Shown here: positions 1 through 13,419 of the stretch, piece after piece
Position numbering within the stretch: the stretch's first letter is position 1
How the letters are laid out: each line of letters starts with the position of its first letter
DNA from: Vicugna vicugna
Taxonomy: Eukaryota
Length of the DNA stretch: 64,000 bases
Reading direction: 5' to 3'
Assembly: GCA_013265495.1 (NCBI GenBank)
Contig: MU058570.1
Location: 62,001-126,000, forward strand
Program-made: the position numbers and the translations under genes
The notes under the pieces: generated by a model
Database searches by the model: none
Seen by the model: the letters and a program-made list of their open reading frames with translations, nothing else
Told to the model about the DNA's origin: nothing

Positions 1-104
1 TTCTCACCCCTATTCTGGGTCTTAAATACCCAAGTCAACCCATCTAAACTCATTCCTTTTGTCCTTTTGTTCCCTAGGCAGTTCCACTCAAGAAAATAAA
101 GACC

Positions 105-232
105 TTTTTTTTTTTGGTGGAGGGAGGTAATCAGGTTTATTTATTTTATTCTTAGAGGAGGGACTGGGGATTGAACCCAGGCCCTCATGCATGCTAAGAT
201 GCTCTCTACTACTTGAGCTATCCCCTCCCCGC
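105..232 (-). mobile_element. tRNA-derived SINE (Vic-1-like, camelid)
   Basis: Reverse complement reads GGGGAGGGGATAGCTCAAGTAG...CTGGGTTCAATCCCCAG (A/B boxes) followed by an A-rich tail. TSD ATAAAGACC at 96-104 and 233-241. Confidence 0.9.
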
Positions 233-557
233 ATAAAGACCATTTTTCTTCACACTTGTTACTCCATTGAAAATATTCTTACTAAATAAGTTAATCAAGT
301 AAGTCATTATGATCATTTCAAGTAAGTCAAATGCAGTCATTTTTCAACTTTTCCATAATAATTCCAAGAAAAGCCTTGCACTCAATCACACCACCTCTTC
401 CTAGGAGTGTTCATGGGACATAAGCAGGACGTTCTCATTGTTCCTCTATTTACAGAAACAGCTTGTTTACCAGGCCGGGTAATAAGGCCCTCAAGGTAGT
501 GGGAATCCAGGCCAAGAAAAGACTCTAAGAGGTGACGCAGAAAGGTTTCCCATTAGA

Positions 558-990
558 ACTCTCCTACACTGCTGGTGGGAGTGTAGATTGGTGCAGCCAC
601 TATGAAGGACAGTATGGAGGTTCCTTAAAAAACTAAAAATAGACTTACTGTGTGATCCAGAAACCCCACTCCTGGGCATATATCCAGAGAAAAATAAAAT
701 TCAGAAAGACACATGCACCCCAAGGTTCATAGCAGCAATTTTTACAACAGCTAAGACATGGAAACAACCCAAATGTCCATCAACAGATGACTGGATAAAG
801 AAGTTGTGGTATATTTATACAATGGACTACTAAGCCATAAAAAAGAATGAAATAATGCCATTTGCAGCAACATGGATCAACCTGGAGATCGTCATTCTAA
901 ATAAAGTGGGCCAGAAAGAGAAAGAAAAATGCCATGTGATATCACTTATATGTGGAATCTAAAAGAAAAAAAATAAGGACACAAATGAAC
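558..990 (+). mobile_element. L1 3' fragment (ORF2 C-terminus and start of 3' UTR)
   Basis: Closely matches 21000-21430 (ctcctacactgctggtggg...gccagaaagagaaagaaaaat...tgtggaatctaaaa). Confidence 0.9.
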
Positions 991-1604
991 TAATTATTAT
1001 TTTGATTTCTTGTATATGTGTGAGCACATCTGACTGTCCTTTATGATTGGATTACTGCATTCTGTTGATTCTTATCTTGTAGCTGGCTTTATTCCTTTGA
1101 TAACTATGTAAGTTTAAAAGGCTAAACCTCTAATCTGTTCTTAGGAACAATGATCAGTACATAGATGTAAACTAAAAAATGTGCAGTATATTGTATATAT
1201 GTATTTACATGCAGTATAATGTATATGTGCAGTCAAACTATAATAATTCTACCTAATATAACTGAAAAAGAAAAAAAAAAGAAAGGATTCCCATTAAGCT
1301 ATGCTGCTCCCTTCAAGAACCTCAAAACTTGACATGACCCCAAGCCATTCCAGAGCAGAGCTGAATGCACCACTCCCATCCAAAGCCACACCCATGGCAT
1401 CCCAGGGCCAGTGATCTGTGAGGTGACAACTAGGAGTTTGGGTGGCTTTTCTGAGAAAATTGTCACTTACTCTACTTCTACAGAAAGAGAAGCAAAACCT
1501 GAAATACCAAAAGCAGCTATGATGTTCTGAGCCAAGACTATGCTGTGTGCTTTTCATACATTCGCTCATCAAACCCTCAAAAATAAAACTATGGAGGGCT
1601 ATTA

Positions 1605-2300
1605 TCAAAAAAAAAAAAAAGAAAGAAAATAACAAGTGTTGGCAAGGATGTAGAAAAATTGGAACATCACAGGTGCCAGTTTAAGATGGTGCAGTCACTA
1701 TGGAAAACAATACAATAGTTTCTCAAATAATTAAAAGTAAAATTACCATACGATCTAGGGATCCCCCTCCTGCGTGTATACTCAAAAGAATGAAAGCAGG
1801 GACTTGAACAGATATTTATACACTCGTGTTCATGGTACATTATCCACACTAGCCGAAAGATGGAAACAACCCAAGTGCCCATCGACAGATGAATGGATGA
1901 ACAAAATATGGTATCTACATACAATGGACCATTACTCAGCTTTAAAAAAGGAGAGCGATTCTGACACATGGATGAACTTTCAGGACATCATGCTAAAGGA
2001 CATAAATAAGTCACAAAAGGACAAGCATGGTTCCACTCATATGAGGTGCCCAGAGGAGTCCAATTCATAGAGACAGATTGTAGAATGGTGGTTGTCAGAT
2101 GCTGGGGGTGCAGAATGGGGAGTCAGTGTTTAATGGGGACAGAATTTCAGTTTCACAAGATGAAAAGAGCTTGGGAGATGGATGGTGGTGATGGCTGCAC
2201 AACATTATGAATGTATTTATTGCCACTGGACACTGGGCTTCAGATGGTTAAGATGGTCGATTTTTTGTTATGTAGATTTTACCACTATAAAAACAAAATT
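1605..2300 (+). mobile_element. Old L1 3' end (L1MB-like)
   Basis: Degraded ORF2 tail ([18 protein letters not shown] in ORF 1774..2070) and a typical L1MB 3' UTR (gatggatggtggtgatggctgcacaaca). Confidence 0.85.
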
Positions 2301-3632
2301 CGACAAGTGAGGTGATATTATTTTGCAGAGCTAGCACCTTAAGGACAAAGGTAGAGCTGGGACCTTCACCAGACAGGTGGCCTCTAAGGTCTGGGACCAA
2401 CATTGCCATCAGCCTTCAACCACTGGTTACAGACATTAACTGTGGACATTGGCCATTGACCACTGACTGTCTACTTGTTAAAAAAAAAAAAGTAAAAATA
2501 AATAAAACTATCCACCCTTGCTCTGGGCAATCAGGGATCCAAGTGGCCTTAAACTGTTGACATGGTCTTCCCAGAGCAGCTAGTTATAATCAGAGACTAA
2601 CCCTCCACCCAAATCAGTGGTCATGTGGCTGCAAATTAGCAGTTGTCTTACTCTATAATGTGAAATGGAATTTGAACCCAGAACTTACAAAAGAGGAGTA
2701 AATTCTAATAATTCTTCATCAATTCGCTGACTCCCCAGACTTCAGTGAAGAGACAGCCACCATCCCTGTCCCTCCCAGCATGGTCCTTCCTCCCACACGT
2801 CCGTGCCAGCCCCTCGAGTCATGGAAGGTGTCAGGTGGGTTGTCTGCCAGAGTCATCGCGAAGCTCCTGTGACTTGGTCATCTCCAGAAGGTCATCGGGC
2901 ACTTGGTGACTTGATCTATTTACCTGGACTGAGCAACAGTCCAGCAGGCCCTGGCAGGGGCGGGGCTGGGACCCACCATGGTTGCACATCGCAGCCACGT
3001 GCTTGTCTCTCTAGGTCCAGGTCCCGGTGCCAGCTCCTTCCGCTCTCACTTCTGAAGGAGGACGGGGCTGGAGAGCCGCACGTCTACAAGACAACCCCCA
3101 CCCAGGGCAACAGCGCACAGGCCACTGATGTAAATTGTGGTGCTTAAACCCAAATGAAGGAGGGAAGGAGGGAAGTGGAGAACCTGCAAAGTAGCATTAG
3201 AAAACCTCCAAATCCAGAGGCTGGGGCGCAGGGGTTGTGGGACTCGGCCAGCACCTTGCTCTTCCTCTGAGAGTGTGATGTTGATTTAACTGGAGAAGAG
3301 AGCCTGACAGAATTGTGTGTGCATGTGCGTGTGCGTGCAAGAGCACATGGCAACCAGAGGGGCTGGGGTTCTCAGAATGTCCCCCTCTGTGTCACAAACA
3401 GGCAAGCGCTCTAAGGTCAGTGACTAAACACGGGCCTGGTCTTGTTTCTAGAAAGAAAAGGGCGGGCGGGCATAAATAACCATGTTAAATGCCTGCTTGG
3501 ACTAGGCACATGCAGGCCGTTGGCTTTAAACATTTTATGCAATGACCCACATTTCACCATAGCCCAGCACACACCCATGCACACACACACACATACTTAC
3601 ACAAATATTTCATAAAAACAGTCTTGCTCTTA

Positions 3633-3722
3633 TGACTGGGACATTGAGTTGTACACAGAAATTGACACATTGTAACTGACTATATTTCAATTTAAAATAT
3701 CTATATGAAATACATTAAAAAA
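3633..3722 (+). mobile_element. L1 3'-tail-only insertion
   Basis: tgactgggacattgagttgtacacagaaattgacacattgtaactgactata matches the 3' end at 41100-41160. Flanked by TTGCTCTTA at 3624-3632 and 3731-3739. Confidence 0.8.
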
Positions 3723-3765
3723 AACATTGCTTGCTCTTACTACAGGTAGGGTGCTTGGTTGTTTT

Positions 3766-3896
3766 TGTTTGTTTGTTTGTTTTTAGGGGGGTAATTAGGT
3801 TTAGTTATTTATTTTTAGAGGAGGTACTGGGGATTGAACCCAGGACCTTGTATATGCTAAGCAAGCACTCTACATTTGAGCTATACCCCTCCCCTA
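3766..3896 (-). mobile_element. tRNA-derived SINE (Vic-1-like)
   Basis: Same family as 105-232. TSD CTTGGTTGTTTT at 3754-3765 and 3897-3908. Confidence 0.9.
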
Positions 3897-3952
3897 CTTG
3901 GTTGTTTTCTAGTCTGTTTTTTTAAATAATTTTCATGTGTATTTTTTCCTCC

Positions 3953-4063
3953 TTTTTTTTAAATTTTTTAATTTTTTTTGGTTTTAATGGAGGGACTGGG
4001 GATTGAACCCAGGACCTTGGGCTTGCTAAGCACACACTCTACCACTGAGCTATATCCCCACCT
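3953..4063 (-). mobile_element. tRNA-derived SINE (Vic-1-like)
   Basis: ctggggattgaacccaggacc...ctctaccactgagctata core, with a T-rich tail on the + strand. Confidence 0.88.
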
Positions 4064-7000
4064 CCATTTTTTTTATTTTTATTTTTAATTGAGACTTAAC
4101 ACTGCATAATAAAGTGCATAAGTCTCAGACACACAGCTTGATCATTTTTGTGGGGCTCGCTAATCTTTTTTGTTTATAGTTCTATTGAGATACAATTTAT
4201 GTAGCACACAATTCACCCACTTACAGTGTACAACTCAGTGGTTTTTAGTATAGTCCCAGGGTTGTGTAGCCGTCACCATGACCTAATTTTGGAATTTTTA
4301 GAATTTTAGAATTTTCATCAGCAAAGAGAAACCTCATACTTAATATCTATTCTACTTATTTTCTTAATGCTGGTCACAACCCACCAGATTTATTTCATCA
4401 CTGCGTCACAACCACAGGTGATAAAACCAGTGTCAGATGTTTTACGAAAATATCTCATTTGCTCTTCACAAGAGCCCTCAAAGACAGGTACTCCTGTCCT
4501 CAAGTCGCAAGAGAACCAAAGGGCAGAGCATCACAGTAATTTCAAGCTTCCAGCTCTCACTAGGGACAGAGCTAGGAGTCAAAGCCAGTCTGCAGGCTTG
4601 CAAGACAGTGGCAAGAGCCACTGTCTGTCTCTGAAGGATGGAGGCTGGTCTAGAGGATCAGCCAGCCTCCCCAGCTCCCCATCACAGGGAGTCAGAAGGA
4701 TGACTCACTGCCCCAAATGGATCACAATCAGAAAGGGTACCAGCCAACCTGAATTCAAACCTCACTGATGGAGAACTCAGCAATGATACTCATAATCCGG
4801 GTTGGGCTGGGCAATGGCTACCATAAGGGGATTTGGGAGCCAAGATTGAGAAGCAATTAAGAACATAAAAAAGACTTCAAGAATGTTCTCTGCCTCAAAC
4901 TCTTTAAAGAGGCAGTAAATGACTATGTTTCAGAGGTTACTTTCCTAGCATTAAACTGTTACCGGTAAAATTTAGAGCAACTTCCATCAGACGTACGTTG
5001 AAAAATCCTACAGAATGACTGTTATGAAAAAGTACAGATGAAAAGCTCATGTCTTCTCTTATAAGCCCAACCCTCCAACCAGTGGGAGGATGTGGGGTCA
5101 TCGGGGTGGGGAGGGGGAGTATGTAAATGTGTATGTGAATGTTTGTCTGTGTGTGTGAGTCTGTGTGTGTTGAGTGTGTGTTTGGGATAAGGGAGCATTC
5201 AATCCTCACCTCCATTCTGAATGGTCCAGACGTTGGAGATGTGAAGCAACAGGCAGACCTTCCAGCCCAAGAATGATGCCATGAATGATGTGGACACGAT
5301 GCTACATACTTGCCCATTGGCTGCAGGGGGCACTCGGTCAAACACCAGACAAAAGGAGAACTCTGAGGGTCTGGTCCCGGATCTGTGACAAACTGAGCCA
5401 TCATGGAACACCTTGACCCCTGAAGGATCAAGACAGAGGGCTGAGGGGGCATAAGACAGGCTTCCAGAAGTGGAGGAGGTGCCGCCTGCTTTCCACTGCA
5501 CATGTCGGGCATCATGAGGGTACCTTATTCACTACCGTTGGTCTGACAGGCAGGAGAGGAGAGCAGAGGTCACTAAGGGAAGGAAAAGGTGTTATAAGCA
5601 AGTTTTCCCCTCCCACTCTCGCCCTGCCCTGTTTCTAGGTACCCATAAGTAACCAAACCAGGTTCCCTTTGTTCTTTAAGTGAAGTTTATTCATCTGTTC
5701 AACAAGCACTTCTTGAGCACTTCGTAAGTGCCACCAACTGGAACAGAGGGCACAGAGCACTTTCATTGTCCCCTAGAAAGTCTCCATTGGCCTGAAGCCT
5801 CGGGTGGAGTTGAAGATGTCTGTAAGCAAAACATTCCAAGAGCCTGTGAGCCCTGCTCCCAACCTGAACACACCTGTGCCTGCCGCAAGGAGGCTCGCCT
5901 GTGCTCCACCTCCCCATCAGATGTGGGGTCCAGGGGCCCCAGCCAGAGCAGAAGTGAGCTGGGCTCTGAGCCGGCGAGGCAGCATCTGCCCGAGCAGGGC
6001 TGGCCGACTCACCATGGTGGATTTGCTGGGTCTTATCACACGCGTGCTCTGGGGCGGTCTTGACATCTGCCTCGTGGCCTCCGTGGCCAGGAGGGCTTCT
6101 GCTGCGAGACACAGTGCGGGGTCAAAGGGCACAGCCTGATCTCATAAAACCAGACAGATCTGAGCTTGGTAGGGTGGGGCCTGCCCTCCCCTAGAGCAAG
6201 GGACACTGACACTGGCCATACAGGGCAGGGGCCCCTCAAGTCCTCAGGACCATCAGATCCACGTGCCTCGGCTGCCAGCTCTCCCAAGGATAAGGGTTCC
6301 TTTGAACTTTTCAAAGGTATGGAAAAGAGCCTGGCTTTTCACAAGCTCGGCTGTAGGCAGAGGAGGTGACTATGTGTGGAGAAGGTGGCCCATTAGAGGC
6401 AGAGGTCAGCAAGCTGCTGTCCTGTCCACCAGGGCAGGTCCAGGGCCTTGCTCCTGAGGGCCAGGCCCCCGAACAGAGGCGAGAGGCCGTTCCCAGGCAT
6501 CCGCTTTTGGGAAGCGTCTGCCTTTGACACCCTCACTGCTGTACTCTGGAAGATGGTGCCCTGGCCCAGCTGTCCCTTCATTAGGTGCTGTGAGAAATGC
6601 ATTTCCTACAGGCCTCCTTGGCTGAGATCTCTCCCAGCCACACAGTGACTGCGACAACCCCCCAGGGCAGCCTCTCTGTGCCTGAGGGAGGAGGGGCCAC
6701 TGGCCCAAGTAGAGCTATGAAAGAAGTCTCACCACAGGGACAGTCCACAGCTTTCTGCTTCCTAAACGTCTGTGTGCACAAGTGCACGGTGGATCTCCAT
6801 GCCAAGGGGTGCTCCGTCCTCCCCTGGAGGGATCTCAGGTGCCCTGGGACTCTGGCTGCCTGCACAGCCCTGGCTTGGAGCTGGGAAGCAGCCGCTTAGG
6901 TCCCCCTGCTGGCTCTTCTGAGAGCACGCTGACCGTGGGCAGGACATGTGGACACAGTGAGGATGCTCCACAAAGACCTGGCCGCCATATGGAGACTGGG

Positions 7001-8976
7001 CTGGGCTAGTAATGTTTCATCCTGCAGACACAAGAGGGGAGAGGCCCACAGCCGAACGAGACTTGTTCCTAAAGTGCAAATTATCTTCCAGATTGAAAAG
7101 TCTCAAAGACTGGTAGATTCCCACCATCCAGATTCCAAACACAAAGACCAGAGATGAGATTTGATCCTTGACTAAAAACAACGGTAAAAACCACACATGG
7201 ATATGCAGGAGATGTTTACAAAGATGACTTGAACCTTTTCTGTGTGCCAGGCACCGTTCTAGAGCTCCACCTTTACTTCTCATTTAATCTTTACAGTGAT
7301 GAGGATGTGATGATGTTATTAATTAATTTAGCAGATGTGGGAGGTGGGGCACAGAGGTATAAAGTGACTTGTGCAAGGTCTCACTGCCCAAGCGGCAGAG
7401 CAACGAGAGCTACAGCCAGCAAGGGCCATGGAGGAAGAGTGTCTGCTTAGGGGACATCTGCCTCTGGGTGTGTGGTGACGGTTACCCCACCCTAGGTATG
7501 CAGTGACAGTGTCCCCAGAAACAGCAGGTGCTTGTCTGTCTACTGCTCCTTTCTGTTGTTATTCCCCTAGTAACCAACACCAACCTGTCAACAAAGCATT
7601 TGTCAGCCCCACAGTCAGGGTGGCACCTGTCTGGCCACAGCAGAGGATGCCCCCCACGGCCCTCCCAGAAGGGGACTTTCTGCCCATGCACCGGGAGGTG
7701 CTGCCTTCCCCCGCCCCCCACCGTCCTGTGGGCTGAGCGGAGGGCCCCAGGCGCAGGGGGCTTTCCTACAGCAAGTTCTCTGTTGGGTTTGTACACCAAG
7801 TGCAGAGACAACTGAATCTTATTCCTCAGATCCTACAAGTCCCTGCAAGGTCTTATTTCCCACCTTGATTCCTGCTAAGCGATGAAGTTGTACCTACTTG
7901 CCTAACAGGAAAGGTAAATGAGTTCAGGGGACAAAGTTCACCACAGCTGACCTCGCTGTGACTCCTGCCTCTTTCATAAACTACAAACCTGCTGGAGCAC
8001 GCAGCGGAGGGAAATAAAGAGGAGTCACCGCCTGGCCCCTGGCCTCCGTGACAGGGTTCTCTTGCTTTTAGGGGGCCCCTGAAGGCAGCCTGAGCCCCAG
8101 ATCTTGCCCCTGGGTGGCCAGAGAGTGGATGAACTAGGTGGAGGCTGGAAGCTGGGGCCAGAAATGAATTTAAACCCTAAAACTGAAAACATCCAGGGAT
8201 CTCGGCCAGGTTTTAGCCCTCTTGTCTGCCTTCTGGGGAGGGACCCCGGGCCGACCTTCAGACAGTATCCCCAGGATTACACAAGGGCCGAGCAGAGCTT
8301 TGGCAGCAGGCTGGAGCACGGACGTGCCAGGGACATGCTGCAAACAAAGCACAGAGGAGAAGGAACAAACCAACCTGTCCCTGTTCAGAGGGCGCCATTG
8401 TGTTCCTCCAACGTGACAGAACTGTTTCATCAAACTGCCTCATCACCGCCCCACGAAAGGCACATCCTCCCAGACCAGAAGCTGAACTCCACGCTGGGGC
8501 AAAGACTCTGAGCCCCGCTGTCAGGAGGCGGGCCACCGCCAGTCTCTCTGGGAGCTGCAGGAGGGCAGGCAGCTGGGGCAGTGCTCACCCCGCGTGAGGA
8601 ATCGCCTCCTTCCACTCGTGAGGGCAGAGCAGACAGGAGGGCCTCTGGAAACCGGCCAGGAGGGCGTTTGCAGGGGCTGCACCGTCCCTGATTGATGGAG
8701 TCCTTTTAGGGTGAGAGTGACAGCACCCACCTTCCACCTACCTCCTGCTAATTCGTCTTCTCAGGGCTTTATATCATGGTGACAGCCCTGCTAGCGCTCG
8801 CACCAGTCGGGGGCTTCCAGAGCCAGCCTGGCTGCTCCCAGCCCTCAAGGTGGTGGCCGGGGCTGAGGGGACACTGCACTGCCCTCCACTCCCCCACCTG
8901 CTCCAAATCACACCCCAGCCCTTGCCGCTTGGGCCTCAGCTCAGTCAGATAATCAGTAGAGCAAGGACAGTCTTTC

Positions 8977-9518
8977 TGTTACCCCCCCAAAAAAGGAAAA
9001 AGTCCTTGTCCTACCCAAAAGACAAGATTATAGATGGGAGACAGAGTGTGTTGTGCAGCAAAAGATTTGTAAGGATTTATTTAGGGAAAGAAAAGTACAC
9101 CTCCAAGAGCAGGAGGAGGGCCGACCTGAGGGAGGAAGAGCGGCGGGTTTCATCTCTACTTCCTCTTACACCCTTGGTTAGAGGTGGTCTTCTGATTGAC
9201 TGAGAGCTCTTGTCCCTGGAATGCTTAGTCATGCTCTCTTCTGCACATGTCCTTACCCCTGGTGTATACAGAAAAACCCACGGCAGGCGGTGCCCTAAAC
9301 CGTGATGTTAATTATAATACAATGAATCTTGGGTCATGTCCAGTTAAGTGCTTTCTGCTACCGCGCAGTGGCTGTCAGGTTCTAATCAGTTTCTTGCTGG
9401 CATCATTTAGAAGTAAAGCCCCTTTATGCTGGAGGAGGGCAGAACGCCATCTTCTGGACCATCCCCCTCTCTCCTCCATCTATCTGCCTGGTGCCCTCAC
9501 TAATCTAACTACCCAACA
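8977..9518 (-). mobile_element. Solo ERV LTR (542 bp)
   Basis: Termini TGTT...AACA, near-TSD CTTTC/TTTTC, and a minus-strand AATAAA (tttatt near 9076). Confidence 0.7.
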
Positions 9519-9548
9519 TTTTCACTGACTTAGAAGTTCCCTCAACTG

Positions 9549-9646
9549 AAAAAATAATAAAATAAAATAAATAAAATAAAATAAAATAAAATAAAAATAA
9601 AATAAAATAAAATAAAAAATAAGATAAAATAAAATAAAATAAAATA
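9549..9646. repeat. (AAAAT)n microsatellite
   Basis: About 19 imperfect AAAAT units, directly visible. Confidence 0.95.
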
Positions 9647-10170
9647 CAGAAGCTAGACAAAAATGATTGACATTACGACTCACAATTAACCATCATATTA
9701 CTTCTAAGCTTCAAAGCGAGCACCTGCTACTGTCAATACAGTGAAGGCAAAAGCACCAGGAGAGCTAAGTTGTTTTCAGAAAAAACAAAAAACAAATTCT
9801 TCCACGTCACTTAAATCTTGCCAAGCTACGGGAATTTCCAACTGCCCAAGGCATCTGAGCGTCCATTATCTCCACCCTCACCTTCAGTGCCAGACCACAC
9901 CTTTGAGGTCTGCTGCCTCCTGAGAAAAAGAAATAAAACCTGCAGCACACTAGAAACCCTTTTTCATTTTTCAGGGCACCAAGGTAGCTCACTCTCCATA
10001 TGGTAGCTAGAGTCACAAGCGCAAAAATAAAGCAGGCAGAGGCAGAAGTCAGGTAGGAAATGGAAACCAGGCGAGCTCGAAATGGGAGGAAAGCTTCAGG
10101 CAGCGATGTGACAGGGCAATGGGGAGTGTGTGGGTGGCTTCTTCTCTGAGATCCGCCTTCTGCAGCTAAA

Positions 10171-10210
10171 GTGAGCCATGCAATTATCAGGTGAGCCATG
10201 CAATTATCAG
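10171..10210. repeat. Perfect 20-bp tandem duplication
   Basis: GTGAGCCATGCAATTATCAG occurs twice in tandem. Confidence 0.95.
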
Positions 10211-11589
10211 GCAGCCAGGAAGCATTTGTTATGCTCCCACTGGATGCTGGCCATTGTGTTCGGAATGAGAGGTTGTCTTTGAGATGATGTAGGCTCTTCT
10301 AGAAAAGGAAATCCAGCCTTAGAAATAGGAATCATCCAACGAGGCCCAGGGAACCCTTCCCGTCCTGCTTCTTATGACAGAATAGACTGTTTCTGACATG
10401 GGGAGGGAGGCCGGAGATGCACTGTGACCCACTGATTCGACTCAGAAGAGACACTCCTCCCTTTACGTTCGATGGGCTATCACCTCACTGTTCACCCCAA
10501 AATTCCAAACAAGAAGTGAGGGCTGTGATTTACTTCCAAGGGTCTTGCGTCTGTCAAATGCACTGCAGCAGGAAAGTTCTAAGTGCCGCAGCCCTTGATC
10601 GCACCCCTCCCACGTGGAGTTTGGTTTTTGAGTTTGATTCTAATATGATCAAAGCAATAACTAGGCAGGGGAGACACTGCCAAATGGGGATCTGACTAGG
10701 ACTATCTGAATTTATATTCTAGCTGGCCAAAACCACATCTGAGCCACGAACAAACTCCAACATTCCAATGACTCTATGAGCTACATCATACCAAGAATAG
10801 TGAAATGACCAGCGGCAGGCAGCGTGGGACTCTAAGCAGAGGTCAGAGTGGGCAGGGATGGCCGTGGCCTTCTCGCTCAGTGGGCTGGGCTGATTTGGGA
10901 CAGAAAACAGCAAAGACATCACTGTCAGGGGCACTATGGGCAAAGACATGAGGTGAAAACGAAACCAGCGGATTTCTGAGGACATGTGACCAACCTAGGA
11001 GGCGGGGAAAGTGCACTTGATGGGGAGACATGGATGAGGTCATCAGTCACATGGGGTCATCACGGAATCTACTCGGGGGAAATCAAGATACTGAAGTAAA
11101 TATTTTACAAATAGTAATCTGGTATCAAAGTATAGAAAAGATATATGAATGTATATGTGTAACTGAAACATTATGCTCTGCACCAGACATTGACACACTG
11201 TAACTGACTATACTTCAATAAATTTTTAAAAAATGAAAAGATAGGAGTAAAGATAGAAGAAAGGCCGAGAAAGTTTCTAGGAAGCCCCTAAAGTCATCCA
11301 GCCCCCTAAGCCCCAAGGAAGTGCAGACAGGGAGGCTCAGGTAAGGCAAGAGACCCCTGACATCAGAAAAGGCAGGATGCGGTGTCTGGCTGACTCCAGA
11401 AGCCAGGGCAGGAGAGAAATGCGTGGAGATGCTGAGCTCTGTACTTCCAACTAACCTGGTAGGACTTTCCATGGAAGCTGCCCTCACTGCCACCAATGTC
11501 ACATCCAAATTCTGCCTTCAAATCGGAGGCTGATCCTGCAAGAAGACTAAGGGCTGAGTTCTCTCTGGTGGATGTTTTCCTCAGGAGAA

Positions 11590-11860
11590 ATTTCAGATGT
11601 TCTAACAGAGACCCCAAAGAGTCAGGACTTAGGCAGATGTCAATTTCTCTCTCCTGTAATCGTCCACGTGTGACAGCCGGGGGCTGGTGCAGCAGCCTCC
11701 CAGGGCTAAGACCAGGTTCTCCCTTTCCAGTCGCTCTGCCACCCCTGTGGTGTTTCCTTGTGGGCATCTCCAAACAGGCTTGCTCCACCCCGCCGTGGTA
11801 TAGCAGCAGGATGGAGGCAGGGGTGGAAGGAGCGCACACTCCTTCCTTTTCAGGAAATGG
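11590..11860. mobile_element. Degraded MaLR LTR (MLT1-like)
   Basis: tcagatgttctaacagagaccccaaa...ctccttccttttcagg resembles old MLT1J/K-type LTRs (from memory). Confidence 0.45.
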
Positions 11861-13419
11861 CCTAGGAGTCGCAACTAAGAATCTCCCTCGCAGCACTTTG
11901 ACCAGAGAGCAAAAGAGTGTGGCCACACCCAGGGACAAGGGATCCAGGAGGTCGAGTTTCAATCCTGGACAGCCAGATGAAAATCCTATCATTGTGAGAA
12001 GGCACAAATAGATGTTGGGGGGTTGCCTGCAGTTTCTGCTACAAAAGCTCCTCACCTAAAGTAATCAATCAGACCGTGTTTGAGCAGTGTGGAAAGAATG
12101 GTCCAAGAAAATGATGGTACTGTTCACATAACCAGAGGAATGAGGAGGGGGCCAGCAAGTGAAGTGAGATGCTTAGCTCACATGGGGATGTTTCGATGAG
12201 TCTCACAAGGAGCACGGCTCCTCCATTTAGAGACCTGGCCCTGTAGCTCAGGACAGGTTTGAACACCCAGGTGATGATGGCAGAGACCAGGAGTGTCCTC
12301 TACTGGGACCAAGAGGACGTGACTTCTCTGAGACTGTCCAGACAGCATTGTGGGTATGTTCCTCAACTGTCTCTCAAAGGTAGTGTAAATCCAACTTCCT
12401 GATAGTGTTGCTTGTTCCCAGTGGCACTGGAGCTTAGCCTTGAGGAAAAAAGAGTTCCTTTTCCTACTGAGTCTGCCTTTGAACCCTTGATAGATAATGA
12501 TTTCTCCTTACTAAGCAAGCTGGCACCTTCCCGATGCCAGTGCCTTCTAGTGGGTGTGTATATTGGTGGGGAGGGGACGGCGAAGACTAGAACAGAAGCG
12601 TTGAGAATTTCCAAGCCATCTACTGCAGTGCTCGCTGCCTTTTCTTTGGCAGTCGCTAACTTTTTTTAAAATTTATTGAAGTATAGTCAGTTGCAGTGTG
12701 TCAATTTCTGGTGTACAGCATAATGCTTCAGTCATACATACACATACATATATTTGTTTTCATATTCGCTAGCATTTTTAAGCATCCTGAATTTTTCACT
12801 CCCTGATTCTTCAGTCTATTTTTAAAGTGTTTGTGTCAATAAGTAGGATCGAGGCCAAGTGGACAGGCCAGCCCCTCACCTGGTAGCTGAGATGGAGGTC
12901 TGCCTGGTAGGAATGAAGATGGCTCCAGAATATAAAGTCGTCTCCCATTCCAGGCTGCTTGGCAAAGTCCTAGCTAAACTGGGGAGCCAGCAACCCAGCT
13001 CTGTAGAAGATAGATGTATATGTCGATGCTGAAGGAATGTGCATGACAAATGTGGTGCCCAAAAAGGGCCATGTTCCAACCCACCACTCTGTGGAAGGCT
13101 CTCAAAATCACAACTGTAAAGAGCACTCTTTTGCCTGGCGACATTCTGAGCATCAAAAGATAAGAATGTATACTGAATTCTTTCTGTCCTGGGACAAGAT
13201 CCAAAAAGTCACACAGGATGTTTCAATCTACCTGGAGTGCAGGGTAAACCAACAGTAAAATGAAGTCCAGGTGATGCTTAATAATTTGGGTTTCTGGCTA
13301 ACCAGCAAGGTACAGTTAGTAGAAAAGTAAGGTAATGCCCATTTTTAAGAGCTCTGTGAACTAATGAGGCAAATGTAATAAAGATGCACCTGATGACTTT
13401 GCTTCCAGTACAGGAGGAA

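Noticed and set aside
4937..8730. Dense ORFs on both strands in the GC-rich block
   Set aside because: Pro/Gly/Ser/Arg-rich translations in all frames, no recognisable protein and no consistent exon chain.
9549..10210. CRISPR-like or other repeat-spacer array
   Set aside because: Only a microsatellite and a single tandem duplication are present; there are no spacers or cas genes, and the context is mammalian.
11363..12055. Overlapping 230-aa (-) and 171-aa (+) ORFs
   Set aside because: No recognisable domain; they overlap a probable MLT1 LTR relic in GC-rich DNA, where long chance ORFs are common.
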